From a virus (Duplodnaviria > Caudoviricetes), in IMG/VR virus record IMGVR_UViG_3300036671_000177, positions 1 to 57,427 of that record: a stretch of 57,427 nucleotides of DNA, one strand, 5' to 3'. Made by a program: the position numbers and the translations under genes. A model generated the notes under the pieces. That model saw nothing but the letters and a program-made list of their open reading frames with translations, was not told the DNA's origin and searched no databases. Of this stretch, positions 38,729 to 49,606 are shown one piece after another. Positions within the stretch are counted from its first letter, which is position 1. Every line of letters starts with the position of its first letter.

Positions 38729-39154
38729 TTACTTACCAAATTCCTTAGCAACTTCTTCTGGTGTTGCCACACGAATGTGTGATCTTGTAAGCCACTTTTC
38801 TGCTACATCTTTTTCAATAATGTTGTAGCCACGATAGACTTTGCCTACCCCTGACCATGTAACATTTTTTGTTGAATGAACTGCAATAGTGTCTTTCTTT
38901 TCAGCAGTCTTTTTTGAAGACTTTTTCTTTTCTACTGGTGCTGTTGTAACACCAATTGCTCCATTTACTGTTCCTAATGCCTGAACTTCTTCTGGCTTTG
39001 GTTCTTCAATGTGAACTTCTTCTGCAGGCTCTTCTTGTGCTTTAAAAACTGGCTCTTCAAATACTGGAGCCTCTTCGACTACTGGAGCCTCTTCGACTAC
39101 GGGTGTTTCAATAACCGATTCTTCTGCAGCTGGATTGTAATTGTAATTTTCCAT
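38729..39154 (-). CDS. Hypothetical protein with acidic low-complexity N-terminus
   Basis: E/P/V-rich N-half and a C-terminal VYRGYNI...KWLT...RVATPEEVAKEFG domain. AGGAGG RBS. Confidence 0.65.
   Translation of the reverse strand: MENYNYNPAAEESVIETPVVEEAPVVEEAPVFEEPVFKAQEEPAEEVHIEEPKPEEVQALGTVNGAIGVTTAPVEKKKSSKKTAEKKDTIAVHSTKNVTWSGVGKVYRGYNIIEKDVAEKWLTRSHIRVATPEEVAKEFGK
39063..39100. repeat. 18-bp in-frame tandem duplication (VVEEAP x2)
   Basis: actggagcctcttcgact at 39063-39080 and 39081-39098. Confidence 0.85.
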
Positions 39155-39193
39155 TATTTCCTCCTTGTTTGTATTATATCATTATAAGTTATA

Positions 39194-39225
39194 AGGGGAG
39201 CAGGAGCGTTAACTCCTACTCCCCC
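39194..39225 (-). terminator. Hairpin terminator after the major capsid gene
   Basis: Minus strand GGGGAGTAGGAG-TTAACG-CTCCTGCTCCCC (one G-U pair), followed by TTAT. Confidence 0.7.
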
Positions 39226-39248
39226 TAAAATGTACTGTTTACAGATTA

Positions 39249-40391
39249 TTATTCTGCTGCAGCATCAGCGAATGCAATTGCATCCTGCTCTTCCCATTGA
39301 AGACCGAAACGGACAAATACTGTATATTCTACTGTATCCTTCTTTGGACGGTATTCACGGTTTACTGTGATGTCACGCTGGAATCCCCATACGCGGTTCT
39401 GTGGGAATGTCAAGTCGACATATCCTGCAGGGTAGTATGGAACTTCTTGTACGTCAATTCCGAGGACACGCGTTGTGCGTGCTCCACCGAATGTCTGTGC
39501 TCCGCCATCAAGGTATGCTTGACGGTTTGCGGGTGTTCCACCAGCCTGTGAAGCAAATGCTTCAGCAACTGCATCAGCAAGGGTACCATTATTCTTAATG
39601 ATTCCCTGGAATGCATCTGTTCCTGCGTAGAACTTCAAGTTAGACTTGATAGCACGGTACTTACGTGGCATTGCGAGAATGATCTTCTGCATTGCGTCAG
39701 TAGTCCAGTTGTCATTAACAACTGTAACAACTGCTTCGTGGGCATCTCCATCAGTCTTTACATGGTTTACGAAACCATTCATGATTGATAGGAAAGTGCC
39801 TGTTGATGCGTCACCATTGATAGCAAGATCTTCAATGTCATTACCAAAAGCATTGGTCATTAAACGAACAATGTGATCTTCTAGTGCTGCACCTTCGATA
39901 TTATCTTCTAGTGATTCTGCAGATACTTCCCAGTCAAGACGAATCTTCTTTGTAGTCAATTCAACCTTTGAGAATGTTGCACCTGCGTTTGTGTAATCTC
40001 CAACTGCTTGCGCTGCTGCACGAATTACACGCTCTCCGACGTTTACCTTTTCGAGTTCCATTGTATTGGCTCTCATGGTAACACGGCGACCATCTTTGGC
40101 GAGGATTGTAGCATCCCACACGTAGTCGATAAAACGACGTGCTTGCTCTGGGCGGAGAATTCCGCTTCCAGCCTCACCTGAAGGATTTACTGCGTTTGGA
40201 CCATCAGTATTACCTAATGTAGCATTTGGGATATTACCCAACACACCACCATCAGTATAATTACCTGGTACGTTCGAACCTGCTGTTGAGCCTGATGCAA
40301 ATGCACCCTGTCCCTGATACAATCCTGGTGTTGTTCCACCAAGTTCTCCAGATGCTCCTGGCTGATTCTTGATTATTTCTTGTTCCGACAT
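39249..40391 (-). CDS. Major capsid protein (HK97 fold)
   Basis: GILRPEQARRFIDYV, ELTTKKIRLDWEVS.ESLEDNIEG, FGNDIEDLAINGD and terminal EEQDAIA. GGAGGTG RBS. Confidence 0.93.
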   Translation of the reverse strand: MSEQEIIKNQPGASGELGGTTPGLYQGQGAFASGSTAGSNVPGNYTDGGVLGNIPNATLGNTDGPNAVNPSGEAGSGILRPEQARRFIDYVWDATILAKDGRRVTMRANTMELEKVNVGERVIRAAAQAVGDYTNAGATFSKVELTTKKIRLDWEVSAESLEDNIEGAALEDHIVRLMTNAFGNDIEDLAINGDASTGTFLSIMNGFVNHVKTDGDAHEAVVTVVNDNWTTDAMQKIILAMPRKYRAIKSNLKFYAGTDAFQGIIKNNGTLADAVAEAFASQAGGTPANRQAYLDGGAQTFGGARTTRVLGIDVQEVPYYPAGYVDLTFPQNRVWGFQRDITVNREYRPKKDTVEYTVFVRFGLQWEEQDAIAFADAAAE

Positions 40392-40428
40392 ATTGTCACC
40401 TCCTGTGATTTTTTACTTATTATTTTTT

Positions 40429-41745
40429 TCAATTAAATAAGTCGGCTGTTTTGAGGAAACTACCGCCCCATAGGGATTTTTCAACCGTTTCAGGTTGATT
40501 CTGTACTATCTCGCCGAGATCGCCAGACTTTCGGAAAGCGGTATCGGCTTCTACAGCGTTAACTCGCTTACCAAACTCATTGAATTCATTTGAAACAGAT
40601 GCAATATCTTTTGCAACTGCTTGAAAAGAATCTTTTACTACTTCAACATCGACCTTTGAAGACTTAAGAAGTTCTACTTCTGCTTGCAAAGATTTTACTG
40701 TTGAGACTAGATCGCTAAAGGCAGATGTTAGGGTATTCTTGATTTCAGCAATTGATTCAACAACTGTCTTATCTGATTTAGATACCTCTGTAACTTCAAC
40801 TACTGCGTTGATTGCTGGAGTCTCTTCAGACTTTACAACCTCCTCAGATGCTGGGACTTCATCAGTCTTAACAACATCTTCTACTGGAGTTTCAACTACG
40901 GCATCAACCTCTGGAGCGACCTCTGACTTTTTTACTTCTACTGCTGCTTCTGTTTCAACAACTTCTGCAACCATTGTTGTATCTTCTGTCATAGGACTTA
41001 CCTCCTTGTTAATCTTAGAAGTTTTAATGCCTTTAGCACTATCAACTAAGAATTTTATCATATTTAGTTTTTCATCATCCGTTTTTTCTACGAATCCTAT
41101 ATTGGTCATTTGCTCTCCTGTTACGGGGCTGATCTCTAATTCATTTTCAGATGAAATAACTAAACCACTTTCTTTATCATAAAAAACATTCTCTAGCACT
41201 GTTGAGTCACCTTTAATAACGGATACTCCATCAACTTTTTCTACCGAAACAATATTTGCAAATTGATTAGCAGGGGAATCAACAAGACTCAACTCTATCA
41301 AATCATATTCTTTAATAACTCTAACTGTTGTATCTGACTTCTCATCATAGGCATCGTCCCACTTGTTCATTCTACCTCCGATTGAAAAACCAGTAAGTGT
41401 TCCATCAATAACTTTTTCCCATGTGTCCTGTGCGCCTTTAGAAACATATGCTGAAACAAATACGCCTTTATAAAACTTTTTTGATTCTGGATCAAAGTAC
41501 TTATCTTCTTTAAAATTAATCATTTTACCAACTGCTAATGGTTGGTGCATTTCTCTAATGTTTCCACGAAAGTTTTCAAATGCTTTCATAGATGCCTCAG
41601 ATGTAACAATGTCCATTTGCTTGTCTAAGTTATCAAGTGACGCAAAACCAGAAACAATTCGTCGTTCTTTGTCGACTTTGCTAAATGGCATTGATAGGCG
41701 AACGTTTTCGCCTTCAGTGTCCCAATGTGCTTTAGATATAGTCAT
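40429..41745 (-). CDS. Prohead (capsid maturation) protease fused to a scaffold-like acidic/coiled-coil region
   Basis: RIVSGFAS, REMH, GFSIGG and ELSLVDSPAN are HK97 protease motifs, followed by an E/V/T-rich tail. Confidence 0.88.
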   Translation of the reverse strand: MTISKAHWDTEGENVRLSMPFSKVDKERRIVSGFASLDNLDKQMDIVTSEASMKAFENFRGNIREMHQPLAVGKMINFKEDKYFDPESKKFYKGVFVSAYVSKGAQDTWEKVIDGTLTGFSIGGRMNKWDDAYDEKSDTTVRVIKEYDLIELSLVDSPANQFANIVSVEKVDGVSVIKGDSTVLENVFYDKESGLVISSENELEISPVTGEQMTNIGFVEKTDDEKLNMIKFLVDSAKGIKTSKINKEVSPMTEDTTMVAEVVETEAAVEVKKSEVAPEVDAVVETPVEDVVKTDEVPASEEVVKSEETPAINAVVEVTEVSKSDKTVVESIAEIKNTLTSAFSDLVSTVKSLQAEVELLKSSKVDVEVVKDSFQAVAKDIASVSNEFNEFGKRVNAVEADTAFRKSGDLGEIVQNQPETVEKSLWGGSFLKTADLFN

Positions 41746-41794
41746 GGTATTATCTATTATAGAGCCTTATTTTACACAATCTCACAATACAAGA

Positions 41795-43381
41795 TTATGA
41801 AGAAGATCTTCCCTCACCCTTTGGATTTCTGCCACTAACTGTGGCTGATCCATCGGACTGGTTGTTAGTTCTTTCTGTGTCCCGTTGCCTTGTTGAATTA
41901 TTGCTGGATATTTGCTCTGGCTTTGGTTCATAAGGTTCATCTCCTCCCTGCATCTGTGGTAGTCCTAAAATTTCACGGCCTTCATTAGGCATCATAACCT
42001 GAGTCTTTACCAGTCTTTCAATAATCTGAGACTGTGCAATTTCATCTGTTAGAGTTAGTTCATTAAACTTGAACTCTAGAATATCTGTTTTTTCCTTGAC
42101 GATCTTATTAATCATTTTTTCAAGATTTCTTTGTGCTGGTCTGGCAACTTGCTCTTTAAATGTTCTGTCTTGTGCCAGTGCTGCAGCAATTGCAGATGAG
42201 TCACCACCACCAAGTTTTGACAAAGGCACTTGATGTGCAACTAAGATATCATCACGATTTTGTTTGCGATATTCTTTAAATGATGCTTCTTGAATTCCAT
42301 TTTCAACTGGATCCATTTTAAATTCAACCTTGTTGGTATCAGAGTCTCCTGGCAGTGGGATGTAAAGCGTTCTATGATTTTGCCCTTTAAGACCAGTCTG
42401 CAAAAATCTAAACATCTTGTCTTCTGCTTCTGGAGATAACTTTGCGCCTTTAAGTGTTACGACATATCTTGGAGTTGCTTTGTTTTGAAAATAGTCAATG
42501 TTATATCTTGATGCAAGTTGATCTCCATGTAGAGAACCAATTGCAGACATAATGTCTGGTACGCCATAAAAAGTATTTAAAGGAGAGTATTCTTTAAAAT
42601 GAATAATCTCATTTGGTCTTTGATCTGCTCCAACTGGGTTCATATTGGTTCCACCAAAATTACGAAAATAAACTACTTTGTTTCCAATAACCTGAACATA
42701 CCCATCTCTAAGTCTGCGGATACGCATTGTTGTTGATGGGATATGACCAACATATCCAATCTCTCCACGAGTAGTTCTTCCAACTTCTATGTAGGCATTT
42801 CCTGTTGACTGTAGATCTGTAAAAACTTTTTCCATAGTTGTTGTAAAAGAGTCTTCGTTATTTAATGACTCTAGCCAGTCTCTCATTTCAATCTTTGCTC
42901 TTTGAATTCTTTTTCTTGCATTTTCTGCAGTTTTTTCTTCTGATGCTTCCAACTTAAGCATTGTTCTTGGAGATACCTTAAACTCATAGCCAAGACCAAC
43001 AATGTTTTCTACCTTAGCATCAATGGCAGCATGGTTTGCAAAAGAAGTATCGTAAAAACTTGCAAGTTCGTATAGGTTCCAAGGTGGTGTAATTACATCA
43101 AATAAACCATAAGCATTTCTATATATAAGTCCTGCATTAATTTCTTTTGATTTTGCCCCATCAAGTCCAGTGCTTTCTGCCCTTGAACTATCTATGTATG
43201 CTTGTGATGCTTCTGTTTTAATTATGCGAGAAGTTCTTCTTTTAAAGTTGTTGTCTAGTCCCTGTAAATCTTTAACAATATCCCAAGACTGAGTAAAAGG
43301 GTCTTGCTTTGCAAATGTATCATCTTCTGGAAGTGGAACATCTACTTTTGCTCTAATAAACTCTGACTTGTCTTCAGCCAT
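41795..43381 (-). CDS. Portal protein
   Basis: GNAYIEV, EIIHFK..SP...YGVP, YFQNKATP, ILVAHQVP and MPNEGREILG. Confidence 0.92.
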   Translation of the reverse strand: MAEDKSEFIRAKVDVPLPEDDTFAKQDPFTQSWDIVKDLQGLDNNFKRRTSRIIKTEASQAYIDSSRAESTGLDGAKSKEINAGLIYRNAYGLFDVITPPWNLYELASFYDTSFANHAAIDAKVENIVGLGYEFKVSPRTMLKLEASEEKTAENARKRIQRAKIEMRDWLESLNNEDSFTTTMEKVFTDLQSTGNAYIEVGRTTRGEIGYVGHIPSTTMRIRRLRDGYVQVIGNKVVYFRNFGGTNMNPVGADQRPNEIIHFKEYSPLNTFYGVPDIMSAIGSLHGDQLASRYNIDYFQNKATPRYVVTLKGAKLSPEAEDKMFRFLQTGLKGQNHRTLYIPLPGDSDTNKVEFKMDPVENGIQEASFKEYRKQNRDDILVAHQVPLSKLGGGDSSAIAAALAQDRTFKEQVARPAQRNLEKMINKIVKEKTDILEFKFNELTLTDEIAQSQIIERLVKTQVMMPNEGREILGLPQMQGGDEPYEPKPEQISSNNSTRQRDTERTNNQSDGSATVSGRNPKGEGRSSS

Positions 43382-43785
43382 TAGTCATCATTCCCATACT
43401 TTGCAATAGTGTCTTTTGCTGCTTGAACTGCTCCAAGGTCATTCATTGAGGGAATCAATCCTTCTTCCATTCTTTGCTTTTGCTCTGAGTATTCTTCTTC
43501 TGAGATTCTGGTTAGTCCTGGTACAAATATGCACTGGCCATCTCCTTCATCCCCGTAATATTTAGCAGCATCTCTAAGTTTTGCTATCTGGGAAATGTCA
43601 CCCTTCATTGATTCAACATTTAAAACAGAGCCAGCTCCGTCTGTAAACCACTTTCCATTAGATCTTTTGTATACATATAGGCCCCAGTCATAGTGCTTTT
43701 CAATAATTTTTGCACGAGACTCACCTACCTGCCCCTTCATTTTAGGCAGTTGCTTACGCTTTTTCTTTGTATTTTCAAGATTCAT
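43381..43785 (-). CDS. Hypothetical protein
   Basis: ORF coupled to the portal gene and preceded by an extended -10 box. Confidence 0.65.
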   Translation of the reverse strand: MNLENTKKKRKQLPKMKGQVGESRAKIIEKHYDWGLYVYKRSNGKWFTDGAGSVLNVESMKGDISQIAKLRDAAKYYGDEGDGQCIFVPGLTRISEEEYSEQKQRMEEGLIPSMNDLGAVQAAKDTIAKYGNDD

Positions 43786-43792
43786 AACTATA

Positions 43793-43801
43793 AGTATACC
43801 A
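43793..43801 (-). promoter_or_regulatory. Extended -10 promoter TGGTATACT, probably leaderless
   Basis: Lies 7 nt upstream of the ATG at 43785. Confidence 0.65.
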
Positions 43802-43803
43802 TA

Positions 43804-46800
43804 TTAGATGGCATTGGTTGTTATTTGTTTTGAAGTAATACCTTTATAGACAGTATATTCGTATCCATTAACTGTAAAAACCTTATCAGTATCAATAATA
43901 ATCTTATTAGTTCCTGTATAACTCTTATAAATTGTTGAGGGGTCTACTCCATAATAACTTGTTGAAGATAAAATTAATACACCATCCCAAAGAAAAGGAG
44001 AAGTTTTCCAGTGATCCCACTCAAGGGTAAGCGGTAATGAGTATTTGACACCAAACCATGGTCGAACATCAACCTTCTGAACCTCCTGTAGGTTTGTTGA
44101 TTGATAGTAGGATATTGTGTTAAATGTTAGTGGTCCATTTAAATTTACTGATCCAACCCTAGAACTAAAGTCTAGTAAGTTTGGAAAAGAAATTCCTAAA
44201 AATCCCCATTCTTTTACAGTTATAACTGGTTCCTTTACAAGTTTTCCATTCCAATAAAACCCTATGTTGTCTTCTAGCCTCCCAGTTTTTACATTTAGAG
44301 CATAAATCTTAGCCCGTTCTCCACTTGGATGAATGGCTACCATGTAAAATTTTATATGGTTGTTTTTTGACTTAATCTCAAATATTTCCGTTGAGCTATA
44401 TGGGAATGCGTCTTGATCATATCTTACTGCTATTTGCATGGCCATTACCTTATAGTTATTTGACATTTCTTTATTAATGGGGATAGATAAGCCACGATTA
44501 ACTATTGGATCGTGTGTTCCTTTTAATTCTATTCCAGTATACCTTGTTAAGTATAGGTATGGAGAACTACCCTTATAAATTGTAAAAGGATTTCTTTCTT
44601 TGTAGTCAAAATAAAAGCCAGATTTTTTGTAAGGATATATCTGATTTCCAAACCTTGTTCCAATTGGGTTTGATGATGTTGAATTAAATGCTTGGGATGC
44701 ATACTCAAGATTTCTTATTTTAATTCTGTTATTAATAATACCCTTTACATTAAAGTCTAAATGTGTAACAATAGCAAGGTCTAAAACACTAACATCTTTT
44801 GGAGGATAAACAATCATGTTGTTGACAACTTCATACTTTGTACTCATCCAATTTTCATCTGGAACAACTATAGAGTCATTAGATGGTTTTTCTACATTTG
44901 CAAAATTTGATTCTGAAAGATTTGCTCCATTTTGAATGTACTGAAATGTAACATAGGACTTTACCAAAGAATTTGAAGTATCATACTTGTAATTTTTAAA
45001 CGCCCTATTTTTTAAATCGTCATAGTTTAAATACCCTGTGAACAACTGATTATCTAAAGACTCATAAGTTCTTTGAATTGGTACTCCGTATTCTTCTGCC
45101 AACTCCTTGTAAGTCCAACTACTATTTTGTTCTTCTTCTACAAATATTGATGGTGCTGGATAGTTGATATTAAACTGAATCAGATCTAAATCGTAGTATG
45201 AACTATTTTTTTCATCTAAAACAAACTGAGAAAAATATGTCAAAGGAATATAGTCTTCCCAGTATCCCTGAATATCAATATCTAATGTATAACTATTAAA
45301 ATAAGAGGATGGGGAGAGAGTGTAACTTGCAGTATGAACTTGAAAACCTTCTAGAGGATAAGAGTCTACTCCTCCCGAATCAACCACCTGATCCCATTCT
45401 GCATTATTAGTTCCAAAATAATTATCTGTAGAGTTGTAGGCTACATCTTCAGTATCTAAATATAAATCAAAAACATTTTGATCATTTACTGGGATTCCGC
45501 GTTCATTAAATAAATACTCAATTTTTTTATGATTTCTTTCAGTACAGAAACCAACTTTATATATCTTGCCAGTAAATGTTTGTGTTAGGTCTGATTTTCC
45601 ACCTATGTAAAACTTTAGTGTGTTTATGTTGCCAAAGAAAGATGAAACATTTCCTCCAAAATATTTAGATACTTTATCAATATCTAGACCAACAGGAAAA
45701 ATTTCTTCTAAGGCTATTCCAGCAAATGGGTTTTCATCGGACCATGAAAATGTTGCAAGAATTTCTTCTGTACTTCCATACCCTAACTTATACACTATAT
45801 CTTTGTTTTGTGTAGATATTTCAAAATAATCAGAGGAGTTTTCTGATTCTATTCTAAATAAAATTTGTGTTTGAGTTGGCTCTTCTAAAAATTTAAAAGA
45901 ACCATAGAAAGACCTAACCTTTTGATTTAAAAAATTTAAATTATTAAAATACATGTATCCATTTGCAACAGAATCAAATGAAAAGAACTTGTCTGGCTCA
46001 TTTTGAATTTCTCCAAGGCTAGAATATAACTGAGTAATGTTTGATGATCCAAGAACTATTTCTGGAAGTTTATAGTCTGGGGTACATAGGAGATTATTTT
46101 CAACACTAAGATTATCAACAATTGCTTGGCTCCATTTTCCTATATTTGGATAGGAGTAATTATTTGTATAGTCTGCAAAAGGATAATCTATATATACTGA
46201 TGATCCACTATATGCTTGATTAATTCCCTCTGGAAATTCAACTCCTTGACCATAAACAAATCTTTTTTTAGCAAGTATAATTGGAACTTGATATGTATAA
46301 ATTGCAATACAATCAACTTCTATTGGCGAAACATCTTCATATGCATAAAACCCAATCCAGTCCTGATCTTTTCCAAATAAATTATTTTTCTTTGGTAGTT
46401 CCAACTCTGAACTAATATAGTTCAAAGATATAACTTCTTCTCCATTAATTAACAAAGATGAATTATTTTTTGAAAAGCGAATATGAATAAGCATTGGCCT
46501 AGTCCACTCTCCAACGTAATAAGACGAAGAATTTTTTCCAACCTTTAAAACAATAAATGGGCCCTCTACATATAGTCCATCGTCTGAACTAATTGGACCA
46601 AGGATTCTTTTTTTTGTAACTGAGTCTGAATTAATTCTCATCCATGCTTCTAAAGTATATTCTTTGTATTGTCCAGCCTCAGATAAAAATCCAAGGCCTG
46701 GAATTATTAGAGAAGGCATGTCATCATTTGGCAAAAGTTTTGTTAAGTTTGATGCACCGTACACAATAGGGATGCCTGTATTTTTTGCCATAAGACTATT

Positions 46801-47511
46801 GTCTTTAACCATATAGTATCCTTTATTTTCTTGAAGACCATAGGCATCTGCTTGAATTGCAAAAGAATTAGTCAAAGCAATGCTCGAAGGAAGTAAACTT
46901 TTTTCAACACCAAGGGAAGATGAGTTAAACTCTTCGCACCATTGACCAACAGTAATTCCATTTACCAAAAACTCATAGTCTTCTACGCTAGACGCTCCAC
47001 CAATATAGTTAATCTTGATAACAATTCTAAACTGAGTGTTATCTTGTGGGATGTCAAAAGTTTCTGATATAAAAAACCATCTATCTTGAACAGATGTTGA
47101 ATAAGACTTTAGCCTTTCTATTTTGTTTCCAGATGTAGTGTCATAATATTCATAACCTATTTCAAAACTAGATGCATATGCACTTATAGAATTAAAAAAT
47201 CCTCCTATAGAAAATGTTGCCAATGTTTGATTTAAGGTTGAGAAGTTGGTAATATCATTGCTTACGCAAACTATCTGACTAAAGTCATTATCTGTCAAGG
47301 TACCAGTAATTTTTGTTGTTTGGCTATCAGGAAATGGCTCATCTGATAAAGAATAAACGCTGGCTGATCCATTATCAATTTCCCAAGTAGTAACATCTCT
47401 ACCAGGCTCATCTACCAAACTTATATAGTCAGCCTTGTCATCCAGAGACCATAAAGCAATAGGGTGCTCTGCATATATTTTTTCTGCATAGAGATTAGAT
47501 GGAGTAGGCAT
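43804..47511 (-). CDS. Large virion-associated protein with LamG/concanavalin-like domains (putative)
   Basis: YAEKIYAEHPIALWSLDD, YTLEAWMR, VGEW.RPMLIH and LLINGEEV are LamG-like strands. Confidence 0.6.
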   Translation of the reverse strand: MPTPSNLYAEKIYAEHPIALWSLDDKADYISLVDEPGRDVTTWEIDNGSASVYSLSDEPFPDSQTTKITGTLTDNDFSQIVCVSNDITNFSTLNQTLATFSIGGFFNSISAYASSFEIGYEYYDTTSGNKIERLKSYSTSVQDRWFFISETFDIPQDNTQFRIVIKINYIGGASSVEDYEFLVNGITVGQWCEEFNSSSLGVEKSLLPSSIALTNSFAIQADAYGLQENKGYYMVKDNSLMAKNTGIPIVYGASNLTKLLPNDDMPSLIIPGLGFLSEAGQYKEYTLEAWMRINSDSVTKKRILGPISSDDGLYVEGPFIVLKVGKNSSSYYVGEWTRPMLIHIRFSKNNSSLLINGEEVISLNYISSELELPKKNNLFGKDQDWIGFYAYEDVSPIEVDCIAIYTYQVPIILAKKRFVYGQGVEFPEGINQAYSGSSVYIDYPFADYTNNYSYPNIGKWSQAIVDNLSVENNLLCTPDYKLPEIVLGSSNITQLYSSLGEIQNEPDKFFSFDSVANGYMYFNNLNFLNQKVRSFYGSFKFLEEPTQTQILFRIESENSSDYFEISTQNKDIVYKLGYGSTEEILATFSWSDENPFAGIALEEIFPVGLDIDKVSKYFGGNVSSFFGNINTLKFYIGGKSDLTQTFTGKIYKVGFCTERNHKKIEYLFNERGIPVNDQNVFDLYLDTEDVAYNSTDNYFGTNNAEWDQVVDSGGVDSYPLEGFQVHTASYTLSPSSYFNSYTLDIDIQGYWEDYIPLTYFSQFVLDEKNSSYYDLDLIQFNINYPAPSIFVEEEQNSSWTYKELAEEYGVPIQRTYESLDNQLFTGYLNYDDLKNRAFKNYKYDTSNSLVKSYVTFQYIQNGANLSESNFANVEKPSNDSIVVPDENWMSTKYEVVNNMIVYPPKDVSVLDLAIVTHLDFNVKGIINNRIKIRNLEYASQAFNSTSSNPIGTRFGNQIYPYKKSGFYFDYKERNPFTIYKGSSPYLYLTRYTGIELKGTHDPIVNRGLSIPINKEMSNNYKVMAMQIAVRYDQDAFPYSSTEIFEIKSKNNHIKFYMVAIHPSGERAKIYALNVKTGRLEDNIGFYWNGKLVKEPVITVKEWGFLGISFPNLLDFSSRVGSVNLNGPLTFNTISYYQSTNLQEVQKVDVRPWFGVKYSLPLTLEWDHWKTSPFLWDGVLILSSTSYYGVDPSTIYKSYTGTNKIIIDTDKVFTVNGYEYTVYKGITSKQITTNAI

Positions 47512-47533
47512 TGTACTCTATTTTACCATACGG

Positions 47534-49564
47534 CTACTTGATTTTTATCTCACAATAGTCTGTTGTACAGTAAGCCTCTCCTTGTGCTTCAAGGTTATCA
47601 ATACCGTCGTAAATTGCAGTAAAATCAATATGCTTCAACTTGCCAATATATGACTCATACTCTTCTTCAGTAATTCCTGTATATGGTTGTTGTGGATAAA
47701 CGGTATTACCCATTGGCAAGAAAGATACAGCCTTTAGTTGTCCCTCATACATATGAAGTACAGGAGCAACATGCTTAGACTCTGTTTCCTTATCAAAGGA
47801 TAATGTTACAGATACGCCATTGTCTGACCAGTACTTTTGAGCAGTTGCTGCAAGAGCAATTTTTTCAAATAAAGTAACCTCTTTTTCAGATCTCTGCTCT
47901 CCAGTCTTAACTGGAAAATAAACTACTGAAGTATTTGCTGAAACAACATCTGCTTCAATCGTATAGTCTGCTGCTTTAAATAAATGAAGCATTGGATCTG
48001 TATTTCCAAAACGAATAGCACGAAGATAGAATGCTCCACCAGGACCCCAGTGAACTCCAGGAGTTGCACCAGAAAGAATTGAAACAGAACCTGAAGGTTT
48101 TACAGTTGTTACACGAATTGACTCACGAACACATAGCCATTCTGAGTATTTCTTATCGTAATGACGAATCTTGTTATATCCTTCGTCCATCCATTCACGA
48201 ACTGCTGGTAAACCATTCTCATCAGCAAATGATGCAATACCTGTTAAGGATGTTCCAATACGACGATTACGTTGCATGATACCGTTTGTTTGTGGCCAGT
48301 GTGTTGGAAGAAGTGTTACAGTCTTTCCATAAAGATAAGCAAACTTCAATGTCTTGAGGAAGTCCTCCTTGGAGTCGTGACGATTTAAGTGCACTTCTAC
48401 AAGTGTACATAGTTCGTATGATTCCAATGGCTGCTCCGCACAAGGATTGAAGCCCATCACTCGATAGTCTTTGCCATCTGCAGGATCTGCAAGACGACCA
48501 TAATTACGAGCAACATCAAGCCAAACAAACCCTGGCTCTCCATTGTCAATAATTAAATCTGTATATTTTTCATAATCCATTCCTACTGTTGCAGAAATAG
48601 AATTGTTAGACATCCATGCCCATCCTGGATTTTCTGAATCAAAAGAGTTACGCTCTGGAAAAACTTCTGCATTCTTTAGATTAATAAAGTTATCATCTTC
48701 TGGTGTACCCAAAGCAAGAGTTGCTGAGCGACGAACATTTCCAGAAACAACACATGTTCCAATAAGGTTAATAATGTCTGTGATCCCACGAGAATCTAGA
48801 GTTTGCCCTGCTCTAGAGCCAATAACCTTGTCGATCTGCTCATGCATACGAATAAGTGGTGCTGGTCCGCTAGCAACCCCTCCAAAGCCCCTAATGGGGG
48901 CTCCTAAAGGACGTATCAAGTCATAGTTAAACTTTTGAATAGACTGGTTTGGTCTTAGGTATGAGTTAATTAAAATACGAACTGATTCTACCCATCCATC
49001 ACGAGTGTCTGGGATTTCATAGATCACTTCTGGCTCTGTAGGTTGACAGATTTGAATATTCTTATCCTGTCCTAAAGTATCAAACCCTACACCAATTCCA
49101 AGCATAAGTGCATCCATTACCCATGAGAACAATGCTCCTGGATCATTTTTGTCAATATCTTTTGTTGATACCATTGCGCAGTTTTGGAGTGCTGCAGAGT
49201 TTTTCTTTTCCATTGTCATGTGTGTTCCAAATGTCCACATTCCACGACCTGGTGGAGTCCACTTTAATTCAAACATTCTTTGAAATGCTTCTTGTGCTGA
49301 CTTTTGAGCCTTATAGTCATTCCATGGTAAACGGTTTTCCTTGGCATGATTCTTTTGAACTGAATACATGCCCTCGATTACACGGCGACAAACCTCATGC
49401 CATCTTTCTTTAGTTCCATCTTCTTTCATACGAGAGTATGTGCGAATAAAAGTAATCTCTCCAAGTGAATTTTCTGCTGCATCTTTAAACCCAAATGGGC
49501 TCTCTTGGTTTTTATACTTTTCTACAAAATCTTCTGGAAGTTTAAAACTAAAAAAATCTGACAT
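47534..49564 (-). CDS. nrdJ: Class II adenosylcobalamin-dependent ribonucleotide reductase (monomeric RTPR type)
   Basis: RTYSR, PPGRG, LQNC, GNVRRSA, NPCAE, ELCTL, TTVKPSG and C-terminal CTTDYC. Confidence 0.93.
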   Translation of the reverse strand: MSDFFSFKLPEDFVEKYKNQESPFGFKDAAENSLGEITFIRTYSRMKEDGTKERWHEVCRRVIEGMYSVQKNHAKENRLPWNDYKAQKSAQEAFQRMFELKWTPPGRGMWTFGTHMTMEKKNSAALQNCAMVSTKDIDKNDPGALFSWVMDALMLGIGVGFDTLGQDKNIQICQPTEPEVIYEIPDTRDGWVESVRILINSYLRPNQSIQKFNYDLIRPLGAPIRGFGGVASGPAPLIRMHEQIDKVIGSRAGQTLDSRGITDIINLIGTCVVSGNVRRSATLALGTPEDDNFINLKNAEVFPERNSFDSENPGWAWMSNNSISATVGMDYEKYTDLIIDNGEPGFVWLDVARNYGRLADPADGKDYRVMGFNPCAEQPLESYELCTLVEVHLNRHDSKEDFLKTLKFAYLYGKTVTLLPTHWPQTNGIMQRNRRIGTSLTGIASFADENGLPAVREWMDEGYNKIRHYDKKYSEWLCVRESIRVTTVKPSGSVSILSGATPGVHWGPGGAFYLRAIRFGNTDPMLHLFKAADYTIEADVVSANTSVVYFPVKTGEQRSEKEVTLFEKIALAATAQKYWSDNGVSVTLSFDKETESKHVAPVLHMYEGQLKAVSFLPMGNTVYPQQPYTGITEEEYESYIGKLKHIDFTAIYDGIDNLEAQGEAYCTTDYCEIKIK

Positions 49565-49597
49565 GTGTATCGTCCTTTCAAAAACGGAATAATGTTA

Positions 49598-49606
49598 AGT
49601 ATAGCA
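49598..49606 (-). promoter_or_regulatory. Extended -10 promoter TGCTATACT for nrdJ
   Basis: Intergenic, followed by a GAAAGGA RBS. The same 9-mer occurs at 5634-5642. Confidence 0.6.

Noticed and set aside
1170-49564. Inteins or introns in terL, recA, dnaE, dnaB or nrdJ
   Set aside because: Protein lengths are ordinary, the motifs are contiguous, and no C...HN-(C/S/T) splice junctions or homing-endonuclease motifs were seen.
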